Assembly (NCBI RefSeq): GCF_009914755.1
Contig: NC_060947.1
Source: the human T2T-CHM13v2.0 reference genome, Homo sapiens
Length of the DNA: 64,000 nucleotides
Strand: one strand, 5' to 3'
Part shown: piece by piece, positions 10,901 to 24,600 of the stretch
Layout of the letters: the number at the start of each line of letters is the position of its first letter
Position numbering within the stretch: the first letter of the stretch is position 1
Notes under the pieces: model-generated
What the model was told of the DNA's origin: nothing
Database searches by the model: none
What the model saw: the letters and a program-made list of their open reading frames with translations, nothing else
Translations under genes and position numbers: made by a program

Positions 10901-13900
10901 CAAAGTGGTCAAAATATACACTTGCAGATTCTACTACAAGGGTGTTGCAAACCTGAACTATCAAAGGAAGGTTCAACTCTGTGAGTTGAATACAAACATC
11001 ACAAAGAATGTTCTGAGTTTGCTTCCGTTCAGTTATGGGAAGTTGATCCCGTTTCCAACGAAATCCTCAGAGAGGTCCAAATATCCCCTTGCAGATTCTA
11101 CAAAACGTGTGTTTGGAAACTGCTCCATCATAACGAATGTTCAGCTCCCTGAGTTAAACTCCATCGTCACAAAGAATTTTCTGAGAGTGCTACCGTCTGG
11201 TTTTTATATGAAGTTCTTTCCTTCACTACCACAGGCCTCAAAGCGGTCCAAATCTCCACTTGCAGATTCTACAAAAAGAGTGTTTGCAAACTGCTCTATC
11301 AAAAGGAATGTTCAACTCTGGGAGTTGAATGCAATCATCACAGAGCAGTTTCTGAGAATGCTTCTATGTCGTTTTTAGGAGAAGATATTTCCTTTTCCAA
11401 CACAGTCCTCCAAGCCCGCTAAATAGCCACTTGCACGTTGTAGAAAAAGTGTGTCAAAGCTGCGCTATCAAAGGGAAAGTTCAACTCTGTGAGGTGAATG
11501 CAAACATCCCAAAGAAGTTTCTGAGAATGCTTCCGTTTAGCTTTTAGGTGAAGATTATCCCGTTTCCAACGAAACCTTCAAAGAGGTCCAAATATCCCCT
11601 TGCGGATCCCACAGAAAGAGTGTTTCGAAACTGCTGTTTCAAAAGGAATCTTCAACTCTGTGAGTTGAATGCAATCATCACAAAGAAGTTTCTGACAATG
11701 CTTCTCTCTCGTCTTTCTGTGAAGATAAAGGAAAAGGCTTTCAGGCCTTTGCCACCACAGGCCTGAAAGCGCTCCAAATGTCCACTTGCAGATTCTGCGA
11801 AAAGAATATTTCAAAACTGCTCTATGAAAAGCAATGTTAAACTCTGTGGCTCGAACACAAACATCACAAAGCGGTTTCTGAGAATGCTTCAGTTTAGTTT
11901 TTCTGTGGAAATATTCCCGTTTCCAAAGAAATCTTCAAAGAGGTCCACGTATCCACTTACAGATTCTACAAAAAGACAGTTTCAAAACTGCTCCATCAAA
12001 AGGAGGGTTCAACTGTGTGACTTGAATGCAATCATCACTCAGAAGTTTCTGAGAATGCTTCTCTTTAGTTTTTACGTGAACATATACCCGTTTCGAACGA
12101 AGGCCACCCAGTGGTCCAAATATCCACTTGCAGATTATACAGAAAGAGTGTTTCGAACCTGAACTCTCAAAGGCAGGTTCATCTCTGCGAGTTAAATGCA
12201 TTCATCATGAAGAACTTTCTCAGCGTGTTTGTGTTTAGTTATGGGAAATTATTCCCGTTTCCAACGAAATCCTCAGAGAGCTCCAAATATCCACCTGCAG
12301 ATTCTACCAAAAGTGTATTTGGAAACTGCTCCATCAAAAGGCATGTTCAGCTCTGTGAGTGAAACTCCATCATCACAATGAATATTCTGAGAATGCTTCC
12401 GTTTGCCTTTTATATGAAGTTCCTTCCTGTACTACCGTAGGCCTCAAAGCAGTCGAAATCTCCATTTGCAGATTCTATAAAAAGAGTGATTCCAATCTGC
12501 TCTATCAATAGGATTGTTCAACTCCATGAGTTGAATGCCATCCTCACAAAGTAGTTTCTGAGAATGCTTCTATCTGGTTTTTGTGTGAAGATATTTCCTT
12601 TTCCACCACAGGCCTCAAAGCCCTCCAAACGTCCACTTGCAGATTCTCGAAAAAGAGTGTTTTATAGCTGCTCTTTCAAAAGGAAAGTTCAACTCTGGGA
12701 GTTGAATACAAACATCACAAAGTAGTTTCCGAGAATGCTTCTGTTTAGTTTTTATGTGAAGATGATCCCGTTTCCAGTGAAATCTTCAAAGAGGTCCACA
12801 TATCCCCTTGCAGATTCCAAAGAAAGAGGGTTTCAAAACTGCTCCATCAGAAGGATTGTTCAACTCTGTGAGTTGAATGCAGTCATCGCAGAAAACTTTC
12901 TGAGAATGCTTCTGTCTAGGTTTGATGTGAAGATATAGACGTTTCAAACGAAGGCTACAAAGTGGTCAAAATATACACTTGCAGATTCTACTACAAGGGT
13001 GTTGCAAACCTGAACTATCAAAGGAAGGTTCAACTCTGTGAGTTGAATACAAACATCACAAAGAATGTTCTGAGTTTGCTTCCGTTCAGTTATGGGAAGT
13101 TGATCCCGTTTCCAACGAAATCCTCAGAGAGGTCCAAATATCCCCTCGCAGATTCTACAAAACGTGTGTTTGGAAACTGCTCCATCATAACGAATGTTCA
13201 GCTCCCTGAGTTAAACTCCATCGTCACAAAGAATTTTCTGAGAGTGCTACCGTCTGGTTTTTATATGAAGTTCTTTCCTTCACTACCACAGGCCTCAAAG
13301 CGGTCCAAATCTCCACTTGCAGATTCTACAAAAAGAGTGTTTGCAAACTGCTCTATCAAAAGGAATGTTCAACTCTGGGAGTTGAATGCAATCATCACAG
13401 AGCAGTTTCTGAGAATGCTTCTATGTCGTTTTTAGGAGAAGATATTTCCTTTTCCAACACAGTCCTCCAAGCCCGCTAAATAGCCACTTGCACATTGTAG
13501 AAAAAGTGTGTCAAAGCTGCGCTATCAAAGGGAAAGTTCAACTCTGTGAGGTGAATGCAAACATCCCAAAGAAGTTTCTGAGAATGCTTCCGTTTAGCTT
13601 TTAGGGGAAGATTATCCCGTTTCCAACGAAACCTTCAAAGAGGTCCAAATATCCCCTTGCGGATCCCACAGAAAGAGTGTTTCGAAACTGCTGTTTCAAA
13701 AGGAATCTTCAACTCTGTGAGTTGAATGCAATCATCACAAAGAAGTTTCTGACAATGCTTCTCTCTCGTCTTTCTGTGAAGATAAAGGAAAAGGCTTTCA
13801 GGCCTTTTCCACCACAGGCCTGAAAGCGCTCCAAATGTCCACTTGCAGATTCTGCCAAAAGAATATTTCAAAACTGCTCTATGAAAAGCAATGTTAAACT

Positions 13901-14395
13901 CTGTGGCTCGAACACAAACATCACAAAGCGGTTTCTGAGAATGCTTCAGTTTAGTTTTTCTGTGGAAATATTCCCGTTTCCAAAGAAATCTTCAAAGAGG
14001 TCCACGTATCCACTTACAGATTCTACAAAAAGACAGTTTCAAAACTGCTCCATCAAAAGGAGGGTTCAACCGTGTGACTTGAATGCAATCATCACTCAGA
14101 AGTTTCTGAGAATGCTTCTCTTTAGTTTTTACGTGAACATATACCCGTTTCGAACGAAGGCCACCCAGTGGTCCAAATATCCACTTGCAGATTCTACAGA
14201 AAGAGTGTTTCGAACCTGAACTCTCAAAGGCAGGTTCATCTCTGCGAGTTAAATGCATTCATCATGAAGAACTTTCTCAGAGTGTTTGTGTTTAGTTATG
14301 GGAAATTATTCCCGTTTCCAACGAAATCCTCAGAGAGCTCCAAATATCCACCTGCAGATTCTACCAAAAGTGTATTTGGAAACTGCTCCATCAAA

Positions 14396-17300
14396 AGGCA
14401 TGTTCAGCTCTGTGAGTGAAACTCCATCATCACAAAGAATATTCTGAGAATGCTTCCGTTTGCCTTTTATATGAAGTTCCTTCCTGTACTACCGTAGGCC
14501 TCAAAGCAGTCCAAATCTCCATTTGCAGATTCTATAAAAAGAGTGATTCCAATCTGCTCTATCAATAGGATTGTTCAACTCCATGAGTTGAATGCCATCC
14601 TCACAAAGTAGTTTCTGAGAATGCTTCTATCTGGTTTTTGTGTGAAGATATTTCCTTTTCCACCACAGGCCTCAAAGCCCTCCAAACGTCCACTTGCAGA
14701 TTCTCGAAAAAGAGTGTTTTATAGCTGCTCTTTCAAAAGGAAAGTTCAACTCTGGGAGTTGAATACAAACATCACAAAGTAGTTTCCGAGAATGCTTCTG
14801 TTTAGTTTTTATGTGAGGATGATCCCGTTTCCAGTGAAATCTTCAAAGAGGTCCACATATCCCCTTGCAGATTCCAAAGAAAGAGGGTTTCAAAACTGCT
14901 CCATCAGAAGGATTGTTCAACTCTGTGAGTTGAATGCAGTCATCGCAGAAAACTTTCTGAGAATGCTTCTGTCTAGGTTTGATGTGAAGATATAGACGTT
15001 TCAAACGAAGGCTACAAAGTGGTCAAAATATACACTTGCAGATTCTACTACAAGGGTGTTGCAAACCTGAACTATCAAAGGAAGGTTCAACTCTGTGAGT
15101 TGAATACAAACATCACAAAGAATGTTCTGAGTTTGCTTCCGTTCAGTTATGGGAAGTTGATCCCGTTTCCAACGAAATCCTCAGAGAGGTCCAAATATCC
15201 CCTCACAGATTCTACAAAACGTGTGTTTGGAAACTGCTCCATCATAACGAATGTTCAGCTCCCTGAGTTAAACTCCATCGTCACAAAGAATTTTCTGAGA
15301 GTGCTACCGTCTGGTTTTTATATGAAGTTCTTTCCTTCACTACCACAGGCCTCAAAGCGGTCCAAATCTCCACTTGCAGATTCTACAAAAAGAGTGTTTG
15401 CAAACTGCTCTATCAAAAGGAATGTTCAACTCTGGGAGTTGAATGCAATCATCACAGAGCAGTTTCTGAGAATGCTTCTATGTCGTTTTTAGGAGAAGAT
15501 ATTTCCTTTTCCAACACAGTCCTCCAAGCCCGCTAAATAGCCACTTGCACATTGTAGAAAAAGTGTGTCAAAGCTGCGCTATCAAAGGGAAAGTTCAACT
15601 CTGTGAGGTGAATGCAAACATCCCAAAGAAGTTTCTGAGAATGCTTCCGTTTAGCTTTTAGGGGAAGATTATCCCGTTTCCAACGAAACCTTCAAAGAGG
15701 TCCAAATATCCCCTTGCGGATCCCACAGAAAGAGTGTTTCGAAACTGCTGTTTCAAAAGGAATCTTCAACTCTGTGAGTTGAATGCAATCATCACAAAGA
15801 AGTTTCTGACAATGCTTCTCTCTCGTCTTTCTGTGAAGATAAAGGAAAAGGCTTTCAGGCCTTTTCCACCACAGGCCTGAAAGCGCTCCAAATGTCCACT
15901 TGCAGATTCTGCGAAAAGAATATTTCAAAACTGCTCTATGAAAAGCAATGTTAAACTCTGTGGCTCGAACACAAACATCACAAAGCGGTTTCTGAGAATG
16001 CTTCAGTTTAGTTTTTCTGTGGAAATATTCCCGTTTCCAAAGAAATCTTCAAAGAGGTCCACGTATCCACTTACAGATTCTACAAAAAGACAGTTTCAAA
16101 ACTGCTCCATCAAAAGGAGGGTTCAACCGTGTGACTTGAATGCAATCATCACTCAGAAGTTTCTGAGAATGCTTCTCTTTAGTTTTTACGTGAACATATA
16201 CCCGTTTCGAACGAAGGCCACCCAGTGGTCCAAATATCCACTTGCAGATTATACAGAAAGAGTGTTTCGAACCTGAACTCTCAAAGGCAGGTTCATCTCT
16301 GCGAGTTAAATGCATTCATCATGAAGAACTTTCTCAGAGTGTTTGTGTTTAGTTATGGGAAATTATTCCCGTTTCCAACGAAATCCTCAGAGAGCTCCAA
16401 ATATCCACCTGCAGATTCTACCAAAAGTGTATTTGGAAACTGCTCCATCAAAAGGCATGTTCAGCTCTGTGAGTGAAACTCCATCATCACAAAGAATATT
16501 CTGAGAATGCTTCCGTTTGCCTTTTATATGAAGTTCCTTCCTGTACTACCGTAGGCCTCAAAGCAGTCCAAATCTCCATTTGCAGATTCTACAAAAAGAG
16601 TGATTCCAATCTGCTCTATCAATAGGATTGTTCAACTCCATGAGTTGAATGCCATCCTCACAAAGCAGTTTCTGAGAATGCTTCTATCTGGTTTTTGTGT
16701 GAAGATATTTCCTTTTCCACCACAGGCCTCAAAGCCCTCCAAACGTCCACTTGCAGATTCTCGAAAAAGAGTGTTTCATAGCTGCTCTTTCAAAAGGAAA
16801 GTTCAACTCTGGGAGTTGAATACAAACATCACAAAGTAGTTTCCGAGAATGCTTCTGTTTAGTTTTTATGTGAAGATGATCCCGTTTCCAGTGAAATCTT
16901 CAAAGAGGTCCACATATCCCCTTGCAGATTCCAAAGAAAGAGGGTTTCAAAACTGCTCCATCAGAAGGATTGTTCAACTCTGTGAGTTGAATGCAGTCAT
17001 CGCAGAAAACTTTCTGAGAATGCTTCTGTCTAGGTTTGATGTGAAGATATAGACGTTTCAAACGAAGGCTACAAAGTGGTCAAAATATACACTTGCAGAT
17101 TCTACTACAAGGGTGTTGCAAACCTGAACTATCAAAGGAAGGTTCAACTCTGTGAGTTGAATACAAACATCACAAAGAATGTTCTGAGTTTGCTTCCGTT
17201 CAGTTATGGGAAGTTGATCCCGTTTCCAACGAAATCCTCAGAGAGGTCCAAATATCCCCTCACAGATTCTACAAAACGTGTGTTTGGAAACTGCTCCATC

Positions 17301-20300
17301 ATAACGAATGTTCAGCTCCCTGAGTTAAACTCCATCGTCACAAAGAATTTTCTGAGAGTGCTACCGTCTGGTTTTTATATGAAGTTCTTTCCTTCACTAC
17401 CACAGGCCTCAAAGCGGTCCAAATCTCCACTTGCAGATTCTACAAAAAGAGTGTTTGCAAACTGCTCTATCAAAAGGAATGTTCAACTCTGGGAGTTGAA
17501 TGCAATCATCACAGAGCAGTTTCTGAGAATGCTTCTATGTCGTTTTTAGAAGATATTTCCTTTTCCAACACAGTCCTCCAAGCCCGCTAAGTAGCCACTT
17601 GCACATTGTAGAAAAAGTGTGTCAAAGCTGCGCTATCAAAGGGAAAGTTCAACTCTGTGAGGTGAATGCAAACATCCCAAAGAAGTTTCTGAGAATGCTT
17701 CCGTTTAGCTTTTAGGTGAAGATTATCCCGTTTCCAACGAAACCTTCAAAGAGGTGCAAATATCCCCTTGCGGATCCCACAGAAAGAGTGTTTCGAAACT
17801 GCTGTTTCAAAAGGAATCTTCAACTCTGTGAGTTGAATGCAATCATCACAAAGAAGTTTCTGACAATGCTTCTCTCTCGTCTTTCTGTGAAGATAAAGGA
17901 AAAGGCTTTCAGGCCTTTTCCACCACAGGCCTGAAAGCGCTCCAAATGTCCACTTGCAGATTCTGCGAAAAGAATATTTCAAAACTGCTCTATGAAAAGC
18001 AATGTTAAACTCTGTGGCTGGAACACAAACATCACAAAGCGGTTTCTGAGAATGTTTCAGTTTAGTTTTTCTGTGGAAATATTCCCGTTTCCAAAGAAAT
18101 CTTCAAAGAGGTCCACGTATCCACTTACAGATTCTACAAAAAGACAGTTTCAAAACTGCTCCATCAAAAGGAGGGTTCAACTGTGTGACTTGAATGCAAT
18201 CATCACTCAGAAGTTTCTGAGAATGCTTCTCTTTAGTTTTTACGTGAACATATACCCGTTTCGAACGAAGGCCACCCAGTGGTCCAAATATCCACTTGCA
18301 GATTCTACAGAAAGAGTGTTTCGAACCTGAACTCTCAAAGGCAGGTTCATCTCTGCAAGTTAAATGCATTCATCATGAAGAACTTTCTCAGAGTGTTTGT
18401 GTTTAGTTATGGGAAATTATTCCCGTTTCCAACGAAATCCTCAGAGAGCTCCAAATATCCACCTGCAGATTCTACCAAAAGTGTATTTGGAAACTGCTCC
18501 ATCAAAAGGCATGTTCAGCTCTGTGAGTGAAACTCCATCATCACAAAGAATATTCTGAGAATGCTTCCGTTTGCCTTTTATATGAAGTTCCTTCCTGTAC
18601 TACCGTAGGCCTCAAAGCAGTCCAAATCTCCATTTGCAGATTCTATAAAAAGAGTGATTCCAATCTGCTCTATCAATAGGATTGTTCAACTCCATGAGTT
18701 GAATGCCATCCTCACAAAGTAGTTTCTGAGAATGCTTCTATCTGGTTTTTGTGTGAAGATATTTCCTTTTCCACCACAGGCCTCAAAGCCCTCCAAACGT
18801 CCACTTGCAGATTCTCGAAAAAGAGTGTTTCATAGCTGCTCTTTCAAAAGGAAAGTTCAACTCTGGGAGTTGAATGCAAACATCACAAAATAGTTTCCGA
18901 GAATGCTTCTGTTTAGTTTTTATGTGAAGATGATCCGTTTCCAGTGAAATCTTCAAAGAGGTCCACATATCCCCTTGCAGATTCCAAAGAAAGAGGGTTT
19001 CAAAACTGCTCCATCAGAAGGATTGTTCAACTCTGTGAGTTGAATGCAGTCATCGCAGAAAACTTTCTGAGAATGCTTCTGTCTAGGTTTGATGTGAAGA
19101 TATAGACGTTTCAAACGAAGGCTACAAAGTGGTCAAAATATACACTTGCAGATTCTACTACAAGGGTGTTGCAAACCTGAACTATCAAAGGAAGGTTCAA
19201 CTCTGTGAGTTGAATACAAACATCACAAAGAATGTTCTGAGTTTGCTTCCGTTCAGTTATGGGAAGTTGATCCCGTTTCCAACGAAATCCTCAGAGAGGT
19301 CCAAATATCCCCTTGCAGATTCTACAAAACGTGTGTTTGGAAACTGCTCCATCATAACGAATGTTCAGCTCCCTGAGTTAAACTCCATCGTCACAAAGAA
19401 TTTTCTGAGAGTGCTACCGTCTGGTTTTTATATGAAGTTCTTTCCTTCACTACCACAGGCCTCAAAGCGGTCCAAATCTCCACTTGCAGATTCTACAAAA
19501 AGAGTGTTTGCAAACTGCTCTATCAAAAGGAATGTTCAACTCTGGGAGTTGAATGCAATCATCACAGAGCAGTTTCTGAGAATGCTTCTATGTCGTTTTT
19601 AGGAGAAGATATTTCCTTTTCCAACACAGTCCTCCAAGCCCGCTAAATAGCCACTTGCACATTGTAGAAAAAGTGTGTCAAAGCTGCGCTATCAAAGGGA
19701 AAGTTCAACTCTGTGAGGTGAATGCAAACATCCCAAAGAAATTTCTGAGAATGCTTCCGTTTAGCTTTTAGGTGAAGATTATCCCGTTTCCAACGAAACC
19801 TTCAAAGAGGTCCAAATATCCCCTTGCGGATCCCACAGAAAGAGTGTTTCGAAACTGCTGTTTCAAAAGGAATCTTCAACTCTGTGAGTTGAATGCAATC
19901 ATCACAAAGAAGTTTCTGACAATGCTTCTCTCTCGTCTTTCTGTGAAGATAAAGGAAAAGGCTTTCAGGCCTTTTCCACCACAGGCCTGAAAGCGCTCCA
20001 AATGTCCACTTGCAGATTCTGCGAAAAGAATATTTCAAAACTGCTCTATGAAAAGCAATGTTAAACTCTGTGGCTCGAACACAAACATCACAAAGCGGTT
20101 TCTGAGAATGCTTCAGTTTAGTTTTTCTGTGGAAATATTCCCGTTTCCAAAGAAATCTTCAAAGAGGTCCACGTATCCACTTACAGATTCTACAAAAAGA
20201 CAGTTTCAAATCTGCTCCATCAAAAGGAGGGTTCAACCGTGTGACTTGAATGCAATCATCACTCAGAAGTTTCTGAGAATGCTTCTCTTTAGTTTTTACG

Positions 20301-21629
20301 TGAACATATACCCGTTTCGAACGAAGGCCACCCAGTGGTCCAAATATCCACTTGCAGATTATACAGAAAGAGTGTTTCGAACCTGAACTCTCAAAGGCAG
20401 GTTCATCTCTGCGAGTTAAATGCATTCATCATGAAGAACTTTCTCAGAGTGTTTGTGTTTAGTTATGGGAAATTATTCCCGTTTCCAACGAAATCTTCAG
20501 AGAGCTCCAAATATCCACCTGCAGATTCTACCAAAAGTGTATTTGGAAACTGCTCCATCAAAAGGCATGTTCAGCTCTGTGAGTGAAACTCCATCATCAC
20601 AAAGAATATTCTGAGAATGCTTCCGTTTGCCTTTTATATGAAGTTCCTTCCTGTACTACCGTAGGCCTCAAAGCAGTCCAAATCTCCATTTGCAGATTCT
20701 ACAAAAAGAGTGATTCCAATCTGCTCTATCAATAGGATTGTTCAACTCCATGAGTTGAATGCCATCCTCACAAAGCAGTTTCTGAGAATGCTTCTATCTG
20801 GTTTTTGTGTGAAGATATTTCCTTTTCCACCACAGGCCTCAAAGCCCTCCAAACGTCCACTTGCAGATTCTCGAAAAAGAGTGTTTCATAGCTGCTCTTT
20901 CAAAAGGAAAGTTCAACTCTGGGAGTTGAATACAAACATCACAAAGTAGTTTCCGAGAATGCTTCTGTTTAGTTTTTATGTGAAGATGATCCCGTTTCCA
21001 GTGAAATCTTCAAAGAGGTCCACATATCCCCTTGCAGATTCCAAAGAAAGAGGGTTTCAAAACTGCTCCATCAGAAGGATTGTTCAACTCTGTGAGTTGA
21101 ATGCAGTCATCGCAGAAAACTTTCTGAGAATGCTTCTGTCTAGGTTTGATGTGAAGATATAGACGTTTCAAACGAAGGCTACAAAGTGGTCAAAATATAC
21201 ACTTGCAGATTCTACTACAAGGGTGTTGCAAACCTGAACTATCAAAGGAAGGTTCAACTCTGTGAGTTGAATACAAACATCACAAAGAATGTTCTGAGTT
21301 TGCTTCCGTTCAGTTATGGGAAGTTGATCCCGTTTCCAACGAAATCCTCAGAGAGGTCCAAATATCCCCTTGCAGATTCTACAAAACGTGTGTTTGGAAA
21401 CTGCTCCATCATAACGAATGTTCAGCTCCCTGAGTTAAACTCCATCGTCACAAAGAATTTTCTGAGAGTGCTACCGTCTGGTTTTTATATGAAGTTCTTT
21501 CCTTCACTACCACAGGCCTCAAAGCGGTCCAAATCTCCACTTGCAGATTCTACAAAAAGAGTGTTTGCAAACTGCTCTATCAAAAGGAATGTTCAACTCT
21601 GGGAGTTGAATGCAATCATCACAGAGCAG
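14396..21629. repeat. Near-identical copy of 1-7234 at an offset of 14395 bp (7 HORs)
   Basis: Shared rare variants at exactly +14395: GTGAGGATG (422/14817), 3-bp deletion (3154/17549), CTAAGTAGCC, 1-bp deletion (4540/18935), TCAAATCTGC (5816/20211), AAATCTTCAGAG (6101/20496). First difference seen at 7235/21630. Confidence 0.85.
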
Positions 21630-24600
21630 ATTCTGAGAATGCTTCTATGTCGTTTTTAGAAGATATTTCCTTTTCCAACACAGTCCTCCAAGCCCGCTAA
21701 ATAGCCACTTGCACATTGTAGAAAAAGTGTGTCAAAGCTGCGCTATCAAAGGGAAAGTTCAACTCTGTGAGGTGAATGCAAACATCCCAAAGAAGTTTCT
21801 GAGAATGCTTCCGTTTAGCTTTTAGGTGAAGATTATCCCGTTTCCAACGAAACCTTCAAAGAGGTGCAAATATCCCCTTGCGGATCCCACAGAAAGAGTG
21901 TTTCGAAACTGCTGTTTCAAAAGGAATCTTCAACTCTGTGAGTTGAATGCAATCATCACAAAGAAGTTTCTGACAATGCTTCTCTCTCGTCTTTCTGTGA
22001 AGATAAAGAAAAGGCTTTCAGGCCTTTTCCACCACAGGCCTGAAAGCGCTCCAAATGTCCACTTGCAGATTCTGCGAAAAGAATATTTCAAAACTGCTCT
22101 ATGAAAAGCAATGTTAAACTCTGTGGCTGGAACACAAACATCACAAAGCGGTTTCTGAGAATGTTTCAGTTTAGTTTTTCTGTGGAAATATTCCCGTTTC
22201 CAAAGAAATCTTCAAAGAGGTCCACGTATCCACTTACAGATTCTACAAAAAGACAGTTTCAAAACTGCTCCATCAAAAGGAGGGTTCAACTGTGTGACTT
22301 GAATGCAATCATCACTCAGAAGTTTCTGAGAATGCTTCTCTTTAGTTTTTACGTGAACATATACCCGTTTCGAACGAAGGCCACCCAGTGGTCCAAATAT
22401 CCACTTGCAGATTCTACAGAAAGAGTGTTTCGAACCTGAACTCTCAAAGGCAGGTTCATCTCTGCAAGTTAAATGCATTCATCATGAAGAACTTTCTCAG
22501 AGTGTTTGTGTTTAGTTATGGGAAATTATTCCCGTTTCCAACGAAATCCTCAGAGAGCTCCAAATATCCACCTGCAGATTCTACCAAAAGTGTATTTGGA
22601 AACTGCTCCATCAAAAGGCATGTTCAGCTCTGTGAGTGAAACTCCATCATCACAAAGAATATTCTGAGAATGCTTCCGTTTGCCTTTTATATGAAGTTCC
22701 TTCCTGTACTACCGTAGGCCTCAAAGCAGTCCAAATCTCCATTTGCAGATTCTATAAAAAGAGTGATTCCATTCTGCTCTATCAATAGGATTGTTCAACT
22801 CCATGAGTTGAATGCCATCCTCACAAAGTAGTTTCTGAGAATGCTTCTATCTGGTTTTTGTGTGAAGATATTTCCTTTTCCACCACAGGCCTCAAAGCCC
22901 TCCAAACGTCCACTTGCAGATTCTCGAAAAAGAGTGTTTCATAGCTGCTCTTTCAAAAGGAAAGTTCAACTCTGGGAGTTGAATGCAAACATCACAAAAT
23001 AGTTTCCGAGAATGCTTCTGTTTAGTTTTTATGTGAAGATGATCCGTTTCCAGTGAAATCTTCAAAGAGGTCCACATATCCCCTTGCAGATTCCAAAGAA
23101 AGAGGGTTTCAAAACTGCTCCATCAGAAGGATTGTTCAACTCTGTGAGTTGAATGCAGTCATCGCAGAAAACTTTCTGAGAATGCTTCTGTCTAGGTTTG
23201 ATGTGAAGATATAGACGTTTCAAACGAAGGCTACAAAGTGGTCAAAATATACACTTGCAGATTCTACTACAAGGGTGTTGCAAACCTGAACTATCAAAGG
23301 AAGGTTCAACTCTGTGAGTTGAATACAAACATCACAAAGAATGTTCTGAGTTTGCTTCCGTTCAGTTATGGGAAGTTGATCCCGTTTCCAACGAAATCCT
23401 CAGAGAGGTCCAAATATCCCCTTGCAGATTCTACAAAACGTGTGTTTGGAAACTGCTCCATCATAACGAATGTTCAGCTCCCTGAGTTAAACTCCATCGT
23501 CACAAAGAATTTTCTGAGAGTGCTACCGTCTGGTTTTTATATGAAGTTCTTTCCTTCACTACCACAGGCCTCAAAGCGGTCCAAATCTCCACTTGCAGAT
23601 TCTACAAAAAGAGTGTTTGCAAACTGCTCTATCAAAAGGAATGTTCAACTCTGGGAGTTGAATGCAATCATCACAGAGCAGTTTCTGAGAATGCTTCTAT
23701 GTCGTTTTTAGGAGAAGATATTTCCTTTTCCAACACAGTCCTCCAAGCCCGCTAAATAGCCACTTGCACATTGTAGAAAAAGTGTGTCAAAGCTGCGCTA
23801 TCAAAGGGAAAGTTCAACTCTGTGAGGTGAATGCAAACATCCCAAAGAAATTTCTGAGAATGCTTCCGTTTAGCTTTTAGGTGAAGATTATCCCGTTTCC
23901 AACGAAACCTTCAAAGAGGTCCAAATATCCCCTTGCGGATCCCACAGAAAGAGTGTTTCGAAACTGCTGTTTCAAAAGGAATCTTCAACTCTGTGAGTTG
24001 AATGCAATCATCACAAAGAAGTTTCTGACAATGCTTCTCTCTCGTCTTTCTGTGAAGATAAAGGAAAAGGCTTTCAGGCCTTTGCCACCACAGGCCTGAA
24101 AGCGCTCCAAATGTCCACTTGCAGATTCTGCGAAAAGAATATTTCAAAACTGCTCTATGAAAAGCAATGTTAAACTCTGTGGCTCGAACACAAACATCAC
24201 AAAGCGGTTTCTGAGAATGCTTCAGTTTGGTTTTTCTGTGGAAATATTCCCGTTTCCAAAGAAATCTTCAAAGAGGTCCACGTATCCACTTACAGATTCT
24301 ACAAAAAGACAGTTTCAAAACTGCTCCATCAAAAGGAGGGTTCAACCGTGTGACTTGAATGCAATCATCACTCAGAAGTTTCTGAGAATGCTTCTCTTTA
24401 GTTTTTACGTGAACATATACCCGTTTCGAACGAAGGCCACCCAGTGGTCCAAATATCCACTTGCAGATTATACAGAAAGAGTGTTTCGAACCTGAACTCT
24501 CAAAGGCAGGTTCATCTCTGCGAGTTAAATGCATTCATCATGAAGAACTTTCTCAGAGTGTTTGTGTTTAGTTATGGGAAATTATTCCCGTTTCCAACGA

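Noticed and set aside
21826-22104. Novel 92-aa ORF overlapping the next ORF like an operon (also 25935, 30045), and the unique 77-aa ORF at 61629
   Set aside because: They are by-products of the 1-bp deletion at 22008 and of SNVs that create a GTG start or remove stops. Not evidence of coding.
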